Positions 7,580 to 13,632 of a stretch of 13,632 bases of DNA are shown in pieces. Numbering within the stretch: the first letter of the stretch is position 1; every line of letters starts with the position of its first letter. Origin of the DNA: an uncultured Chloroflexia bacterium (lineage in GTDB: Bacteria; Chloroflexota; UBA6077; JACCZL01); the NCBI GenBank assembly GCA_963765765.1, contig CAVXYC010000024.1:1-13632 (forward strand), read 5' to 3'. Made by a program: the position numbers and the translations under genes. The notes beneath the pieces are model-generated. The model saw only the letters and a program-made list of their open reading frames with translations, did no database searches and was not told the DNA's origin.

Positions 7580-8425
7580 CTACTTCACCAATCGCGCGTA
7601 CATCTCCGGCCGCCGATCGCGGAAGAAGCCCCACTGTTGTTGCGCTACGTAGGATTCGGCCGGATCGAACTCGGTCACCAGCACTTCGTCATCGGTGTCG
7701 CTTGCCTCAGCCACGATCTGCCCTTGCGGATTGACCAGGATACTGTGACCCGTCCATTCGCCGAACTGATGCGCGTCTTCGTCTTCGCCAACACGATTCA
7801 CCCCGGCGACCCAACAGCCGTTGTTGTGCGCCGCGGCTTGCAGTTCGAAGACCCAGGAGGATTCGCGCGTGCCGCGGGTCGTGGTGGGCACGCAGATGAG
7901 CTGAGCGCCGTTGAGCGCCAGCGCCCTGAAATGCTCGGGGAAATGCCGGTCGAAGCAAATGATGACGCCGATGTTGATCCCCAGCGGCGTTGGAAATACC
8001 GGAAAGCCCAGGTCGCCCGGCTTGAAGTAGTACTTCTCGAACCCGGTCGGCGTCCTGCCGGTGCGGCGAATGAGCGGGATGCTGCTCTTCCGATACTTGC
8101 CGATCAGCTCGCCATCAGGCCCGATCACCGCGGCCGAGTTGTAGAACTCGCTACCGCCAACCGACTCGAACAGCGGCACTACCAGCACCAGCCCGCGCTC
8201 GCGAGCCACCGCTGAGAATTGCTCGGTAGTGGGCCCCGGGATCGGCTCGGCCCACTTGAAGTAACGGTCGTTCTCTTCGAAGCAGAAGTAGATCGTGTTG
8301 GACAACTCGTGCAGACAGACGATCTGCGCGCCCTGATTGGACGCCTGGCAGACCAGATCGGTCGCGCGTGAGATGTTCGCGTCTTTCTCCTGCCGACCCG
8401 CGAACTGAACCATGCCGATCTTCAT
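7580..8425 (-). CDS. Nitrilase-family N-carbamoyl amidohydrolase (beta-ureidopropionase / N-carbamoylputrescine amidase-like)
   Basis: GGGAGG SD, MKIGMVQ start, and motifs CLHEL...YFC, YRK, EKYYFKPGDLGFPVF, ICFDRHFPE, VNRVG and WGFFRDRRPEMY. Confidence 0.9.
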   Translation of the reverse strand: MKIGMVQFAGRQEKDANISRATDLVCQASNQGAQIVCLHELSNTIYFCFEENDRYFKWAEPIPGPTTEQFSAVARERGLVLVVPLFESVGGSEFYNSAAVIGPDGELIGKYRKSSIPLIRRTGRTPTGFEKYYFKPGDLGFPVFPTPLGINIGVIICFDRHFPEHFRALALNGAQLICVPTTTRGTRESSWVFELQAAAHNNGCWVAGVNRVGEDEDAHQFGEWTGHSILVNPQGQIVAEASDTDDEVLVTEFDPAESYVAQQQWGFFRDRRPEMYARLVK

Positions 8426-8596
8426 GAGCCACCCTCCCGGGCGCGGCACGGCACGGTGCTATCCGGCGTAGCGTTTCAGGCGCTGTACATATGGCGTGCC
8501 GTGCGGCTTGAACGGTCCCACTATACTGCGATTCTTCGCGCCAGAGTATGCTGTTGCGTTATACGCCGCGGACGAATTCCGGAAGGGGGAATGCAA

Positions 8597-9484
8597 ATGG
8601 ACCGCGACCTCGTGGGATACGGAAAAGAGACACCGCGTGTGGAGTGGCCGGACGGCGCGCGCATCGCCATCTCGATGGTCGTGAACTATGAGGAGGGCTC
8701 GGAGCGCACGCCGCTGTATGGCGACGACTCGCACGAGACCGCAGGCGAGATCGCGTCCAGCAAGCCGCGTGAGGCGCGCAGCCTACAGACCGAGACCCAG
8801 TGGGAGTACGGCGGCAGGGCTGGTGTCTGGCGACTCCTCAGGATCCTCAAAAAGTACGACGTGAAGGGCACCTTCTACGTGTGCGCTCTGGCGCTGGAGC
8901 ACAACCCGCCGCTGGGACCCGAGATCGTGGCCCAGGGTCACGACGTTAACGGCCACGGCTACCGTTGGATCGAGCAGTGGCACCTCAGCAAGGAAGACGA
9001 GCAGGAAAGCATTCACAAGGCCGTAGTCTCCATCGAGAAGACCACCGGCAAGCGACCCTACGGCTGGTTCACCAAGTCAGGTCCCAGTCTGAACACGCGC
9101 GACATCCTCGAAGCAGAGGGCTTCTTGTACGACTGCGACGGCATCAACGACGATCTGCCCTATTGGAGCACCGCCAACGGCAAGCCGTTCCTGGTGGTGC
9201 CGTATGCGTTCGACAGCAACGATGGAAAATACTGGCGCAACGGTTGGGGCAACGCTGGGCATTTCTTCGAGTACCTTAAGGACACCTTTGACATGCTCTA
9301 CGAGGAGGGCGCCACGCATCCCAAGATGATGTCCGTGGGCCTGCACTCGCGCGTCTCCGGCCATCCTGGGCGCGCCGTGGCCGTCGCGAAATTCCTCGAG
9401 TACGCCAGGAGCACGCCCAAAGTCTGGTTCGCCGGCCGAGACAACATCGCCAAGTGGTGGCGGGAGAACTACCCACCAGCCTAG
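8597..9484 (+). CDS. puuE: PuuE-like allantoinase (polysaccharide deacetylase fold)
   Basis: RDLVGYG, WPDGARIA...VVNYEEGSE, EYGGRAGVWR, GHGYRW, DDLPYW and PKMMSVGLHSRVSGHPGR are PuuE-subfamily hallmarks; GGGGGA SD upstream. The exact substrate is unproven. Confidence 0.8.
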   Translation: MDRDLVGYGKETPRVEWPDGARIAISMVVNYEEGSERTPLYGDDSHETAGEIASSKPREARSLQTETQWEYGGRAGVWRLLRILKKYDVKGTFYVCALALEHNPPLGPEIVAQGHDVNGHGYRWIEQWHLSKEDEQESIHKAVVSIEKTTGKRPYGWFTKSGPSLNTRDILEAEGFLYDCDGINDDLPYWSTANGKPFLVVPYAFDSNDGKYWRNGWGNAGHFFEYLKDTFDMLYEEGATHPKMMSVGLHSRVSGHPGRAVAVAKFLEYARSTPKVWFAGRDNIAKWWRENYPPA

Positions 9485-9544
9485 GGCAGCTTTCCGTATT
9501 GACGGCTTCCTGTTCAGGCTTCAATCAGTCTCACGAGCTTTCCA

Positions 9545-9666
9545 TGTCATCGTGAATGCAGTGAAGGATCTGACCGACATCTCCCGATCCGGCAGGGAGT
9601 CATGGACCGACCACCGCGTCGATGCGCCGATGTCCGGTCAGATCCTTCACTGCATTCAGGATGTCA
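9545..9666. repeat. TGTC-tagged REP-like palindromic element with 37/38-nt arms
   Basis: Left arm TGTCATCGTGAATGCAGTGAAGGATCTGACC-GACATC (9545-9581); reverse complement of 9629-9666 is TGACATCCTGAATGCAGTGAAGGATCTGACCGGACATC (2 mismatches, 1 indel). Confidence 0.88.
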
Positions 9667-9739
9667 GACTACTGATCGAATGACCTGACTCCTGATCTGA
9701 GGCAGCGGTCCAGGGTCACCAAATTGGAGGTTAGTTCCC

Positions 9740-10526
9740 ATGCGCATCATGTTCCTCAGCGTCACCCCCCGTGACCCTAAACACGAAGAATCTGATGCCC
9801 GCGTGGAGGAGTTGCTCAATGGCTACGCTTCGCCCGGCACCACCGTCGAGCTGCGCCTGGCCGGACGATCACCCCGGCTCGCGCGTAGGTGTGACCATGG
9901 GCGCGCAGAGCGTCCGCACCGGCCTGCACCACGCCATGCAGACCTCCGCGTTGGTCCGGAAGATCGTCTGGGCGGAAGACAACGGCTACGACGCCCTCAT
10001 CCAGAGCAACACATTCGATCCGGGTGTGGAGGCCGGACGCCTGGCCGTGCGCATTCCCGTCATCGGCCTGCTCCGCACGACACTGCACGTGGCCACCACG
10101 CTGGCCGACCGCATAGGCATCACCGTGCCGCTCGAGGGGCACTTGCCATACACGCGGCGCATTCTGCGTTCCTACGGCATGCAGGACTTCGTCACCGACG
10201 TCCGCGTCATCGGCATGTACGGCGAAAGTCTGGCGGCGAAGAAAAGCGATCTGCTGCGTCATACGGTCGATGTGATGCGCGGCCTCGTAGACGACACCGG
10301 CGCAGAGTGCGTGATCCCATTGGGTGGAGCACTGTTCCCATATATCGTCTCACCCGCGGAGCTTGAGCTAGAGGTGGGCGTGCCTGTCCTGAATACCAAG
10401 TCGATCGGCATTCGGTTCGCCGAAATGTGCGTCCAGTTTGGCATGACGCACAGTCTCCGTACGTATCCAAGCCAGAGGCTCAGCTACGACAACTTTACGG
10501 AGCTCGCTCATTCGCCAAGCAATTGA
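9740..10526 (+). CDS. Asp/Glu/hydantoin racemase-family protein (allantoin racemase-like fold), one apparent frameshift (~9855)
   Basis: GGAGGT SD, MRIMFL...YASPGTTVEL start, then AEDNGYDALIQSNTFDPGVEAGRLAVRIPVIG, GAECVIPLGG, VGVPVLN and GMTHSLRTYP, following the hydantoin racemase layout. Confidence 0.82.
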
Positions 10527-10674
10527 CGTTCAATTTCCGTGATGAACGAACATGACGAGTCCAGTTACCGAAATGGATCTGGACCCCCTGACCTGCTGGC
10601 GACTCACATTTCCAGCCGTTCCGACACCGAATGCAGCCGACACGCTGCGTGCTCCGGATCTGACAAATCTCTGG

Positions 10675-10703
10675 TTGACAGTCAGACCGGCATGCGTTAA
10701 GCT
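10675..10703 (+). promoter_or_regulatory. Putative sigma70-type promoter TTGACA-N17-TAAGCT
   Basis: Perfect -35, 17-nt spacer and TAxxxT -10, located ~123 nt upstream of the SBP ATG; homologous copy at 830-857. Confidence 0.65.
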
Positions 10704-10826
10704 GACCCGCAATCTCGATTACCGGTTCGAATGTGGGGAGCACGATACTCGGGGTGGGCCAAGCGGTTCGTCGGCCATGCCAGCCGGTCCGGGACGCCCC
10801 GCGGGCGTTCCAGGAAGGATCATCAA

Positions 10827-12036
10827 ATGAGAAGCAAGCCCCTCCCTCTTGTGGCGCTGGGCGTCGCGGTCGTCGTTTCACTAGCCGCCTGTTCACCGCC
10901 GGCCGCGCCGCCTCCGACCGCTGCGCCCAAGCCGCCCGCGGCGGCGCCAACCAGTCCCCCCAAGACCGAAGCGGCACGGCTAAGCCTAACGCGGCGCCCG
11001 CAAAGCCCGAGAGCGCCTCGGCCCCGCCGAAGAGCGAGGGCGCCGGGACGGACTCTCAGCAGGCACTGGCTGACGCCAGTGCTAAGTACTACGAGGCGGC
11101 CAGGCAAGAGGGAAAGCTGGTCTTCTACGGCGTAAACCTGACGCCCCCGCTGTTGGACCCGATCAAGGAGGTCTTCGGCAAGAAATTCCCGGGAATCACC
11201 ATCGAAGGTGAGGAGCAAATCGGCAGTATCACACGCGAGAAGATCACAGCCGAGCAGACATCAAAGAACTACGTGGCGGATATCGCGTTCACCGGCTTCA
11301 CTACGACGCGGGACTTGATCGACCTCGGTTTTGTGGTGCCGTACGAGTCGCCACAGGTGCCGGCCCTCATCCCGCAGTTCGTGTTGCCTGGCGGCCTGGT
11401 GAACCCGCGCAATGCGAGTCTGGTCAGCATCGCAGTCAATACCAACCTGGTCCCGCCGAACCAGGAGCCGAAGGCGTGGAAGGACGTGCTTGACCCGAAG
11501 TGGAAGGGCAAGATCGCCAATCAGGATCCGCGCCAACCCGGCTCGGGGGAAGCATCATCTCCGGCATGGCGATGGTGTACGGCTTCGAGTGGCTGGACAA
11601 GCTGAAGCAGCAGGATCCCTTCTTTGGACCATCACCGGGCCCGCTGTGGAACGGCCTGGTCCGCGGCGAGTACGCCATGCTCCTCTCGGCATCCCACGTG
11701 GACGCCGTGGTACAGCGCAAAGCGGGGGCACCCATCAAGTTCCTGAGACTGGAGGATGGCGCGGCCTGGACGTACTCCAGCATGCTGAACATCAAGAACC
11801 AGCCGCACCCTAACGCCTCTCGGCTGTTCATGGAGTGGATGCTGTCTGAGGAAGGCCAGCTCGTGATCTCGGCCCAGGGCTTTGGGGCAATCCGCAAAGG
11901 CATCAAGGCGGTGGAGCCCGAGGCAAACATGGAAGGCATGGTGTTCCTGCCGCGCGACACCACGCCCGAGGCCGACGCGCTAATCGGTACCGACAAAGAG
12001 CGCGTACAACGCTGGGAGGAGGTCTTCTTCAAGTAG
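10827..12036 (+). CDS. ABC transporter extracellular solute-binding lipoprotein (AfuA/thiamine/polyamine-like class), two apparent frameshifts (~10975, ~11547)
   Basis: Lipobox LAAC, Pro/Ala-rich linker, and motifs EAARQEGKLVFYG, WKDVLDPKWKGKI, GEYAM and QPHPNASRLFMEWMLSEEGQ. The second shift is a G5 run where G6 restores the frame. Confidence 0.9.
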
Positions 12037-12165
12037 AACCTGATGCGAGGGCAATGCTAGACAGGGACATGGCGGGAGGACCCCACGGTGCGCGTTCGCA
12101 CACAAGCTGTTTTCTCTGTCACGCTCGCTGCAAAAGTTTCGGTCGTACCCTTCAGGCCTTCAGGG

Positions 12166-13624
12166 GTAAGTGTTCAGACTCCGGGGGACGAATTTGTGAC
12201 GGGGTCGTGCGGGGTCGGAGCATCATGGTGGCATCACAGGCCGGTACCGTTTGGGCATGGATCCGTATGAGACCCTCACCCGAGAGCAGCTCCTGGCGCT
12301 GGTGCGCGCACAAACCGCTTCCGTGGCGGAGCTCCAAGCAACCCTGAAGCGCCTCGAAGCTCGCATCGAGGAACTGGAGCGCCGCCGGGAGAAAGGCGGT
12401 CCGCGCGGGATGCCCGGCCTGAAACCGTCGCCCGCACCGGGGCGGCCCGCGCCAGAGCCCAGAAACCCGGGCGCAGGGCGTCGCCCGGGGGCGGGCGACG
12501 CCGACAGAGACGGTCGATCATGCTCTGGATCGGTGTCCCGACTGCGGCACCATGCTCAATGGCGGATGGGTGAAACGCACCCGGGAAGTCCTGGAGATCA
12601 CCCCGAGGCCGGCCCGCGTCATCGAGCACCGCTTTCATCGAGCGCGAATGCCCGCTCTGTCGGACGCGCCGGACCCCTGCGGTGGACCTCGGCGAGCGGG
12701 TGCTCGGTCGTCAACGGCTGGGCATCGGCTTGATCAGTCTGATCGTCACGCTGCGCGAAGTCGGCCGTCTGCCGGTGCGGACCATCCAGGCCTATCTGGA
12801 GACGGTCCATCAGCTGCATCTGAGTGTCGGCGCAATTACCGCCGCCAGTCACGCGCGTGGCCCTGGCCGCCGCGGACGAGGTGACGGCCATCCGTGATCA
12901 GATCCGCGCCAGTCCGGCGGTCCATGCCAATGAGACCGGTCGGCGCACCGCGGGGCGCAATGGCTACATCTGGACCTTCAGCACGCCGCACGCGCGCTAC
13001 TTCCTCCACGGGCGCCGCACCAAGGATATGGTTGATACGGCGCTGGGGACGGCGTTCGACGGCGTGCTGTGCAGTGACTTCTACGCCGCGTACACGCATT
13101 ACCCGGGACTCAAGCAACGCTGTTGGGCGGCATCTGCTGGGGCAGAGCGATGACCTCCAGTAATACTTCCCGGACCATGCCTCGCTCGGAACCTGGGCCG
13201 CGGCGGTCCACGCGCTGTTCCTGGAAGCTCGCGACACGGTGTGTCCAACGGCGGAGCGACGCGCCCAGGCCGCCGCGGTCGTTACCCTCGGCGCCTGCTC
13301 AATCTCGTGTCGACCCGTCGTGGCCGATCCGGATGAAACGGAACGGCAGCTGAGCGCCCGCCTCGAGCGTTTTATTGGGGACCTGTTCGTGTTCGTGACG
13401 GAGCCCTGTGATCTGCCCGACCAACAATCTGGCGGAGCGCAGCCTGCGGCCGCTGGTCACGCGGCGGAAGATCAGTGGCGGGAGCCGGGCCGTGGCCGGG
13501 AACCAGGGCGACGATGGTGCTGGCGAGTCTCTTCGGCACCTGGCAGCTCCAGGCCCAGAACCCGTACACCGCCTGTCGCGACCTCCTCAGCCACGTCTAA
13601 ACCCCTCCGAGTCTGAACAGTTAC
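12166..13624 (+). mobile_element. IS66-family insertion sequence, single-ORF ISBst12-type, 1459 bp
   Basis: Terminal inverted repeats GTAAGTGTTCAGACTCCGGGGG and GTAACTGTTCAGACTCGGAGGG match at 19/22. An 8-bp target duplication CTTCAGGG flanks the element (12158-12165 and 13625-13632). No accessory tnpA/tnpB ORFs. Confidence 0.95.
12257..13600 (+). pseudogene. IS66 transposase (TnpC-like), disrupted
   Basis: Coiled-coil N-terminus, CPDCG/CPLC zinc finger, VHANETG, VLCSDFYAAY, QRCWA and PTNNLAERSLRPLV. It has multiple frameshifts, a TAA at 13161-13163 and D-to-N at the first catalytic position. Confidence 0.88.
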
Positions 13625-13632
13625 CTTCAGGG

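Noticed and set aside
8522-8563. Face-to-face -10 boxes TATACT (+) and TATAAC (-)
   Set aside because: Plausible, but no matching -35 elements; too weak to list as features.
1906-9524. Long antisense or overlapping ORFs (e.g. 1943..2533, 3012..3743, 6710..7543, 7637..8215)
   Set aside because: These are shadow ORFs expected from high-GC codon bias, with no recognisable motifs.
10731-10826. In-frame N-terminal extension or uORF in the SBP leader
   Set aside because: There is no SD before ATG 10731, the homologous copy (ATG 885) stops after 6 codons, and the signal peptide and SD fit ATG 10827.
10880-11050. Repetitive GC-rich stretch as a tandem repeat or array
   Set aside because: It encodes an ordinary Pro/Ala/Thr-rich lipoprotein linker.
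1642-12036. Programmed frameshifting or mass pseudogenisation as the cause of the many frameshifts
   Set aside because: The shifts are 1-2 nt indels, often in short G/C runs (e.g. G5 at 11545-11549). They are spread over unrelated genes with otherwise intact motifs and lack slippery heptamers. Long-read error is the simpler explanation, pending read polishing.
12128-12150. CAAAAGTTTCGGTCGTACCC as the end of another IS
   Set aside because: No partner inverted repeat or transposase remnant was found nearby; the resemblance is too vague.
1-13632. CRISPR array, tRNA/rRNA, defence, retron or phage system
   Set aside because: I saw no regularly spaced direct repeats, no tRNA/rRNA signatures, and no reverse transcriptase, Cas, nuclease or phage-like proteins.

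Overview
GC-rich bacterial window. The Pro/Ala/Thr-rich lipoprotein linkers suggest Chloroflexota-like DNA, which is inference only. The window holds a catabolic and uptake cluster for C-N bonds, probably cyclic amides or ureides: an EthD-family gene missed by the ORF track, three near-complete ABC-type substrate-binding lipoproteins (SBPs) plus a fourth decayed one with no permease or ATPase in view, an amidohydrolase, an alpha/beta hydrolase, two nitrilase-family C-N hydrolases, a PuuE-like allantoinase, and a hydantoin/allantoin racemase-fold protein that lacks both canonical catalytic cysteines. An IS66 (ISBst12-type) element with intact ends (terminal inverted repeats and an 8-bp target duplication) but a decayed transposase closes the window. 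Intergenic DNA contains a transposase relic, two families of REP-like palindromes, a promoter plus ~120-nt leader duplicated in front of two SBP paralogs, and a small ORF with coding-like bias. Many genes carry 1-2 nt indels that look like long-read consensus errors. All alignments and counts were done by eye.
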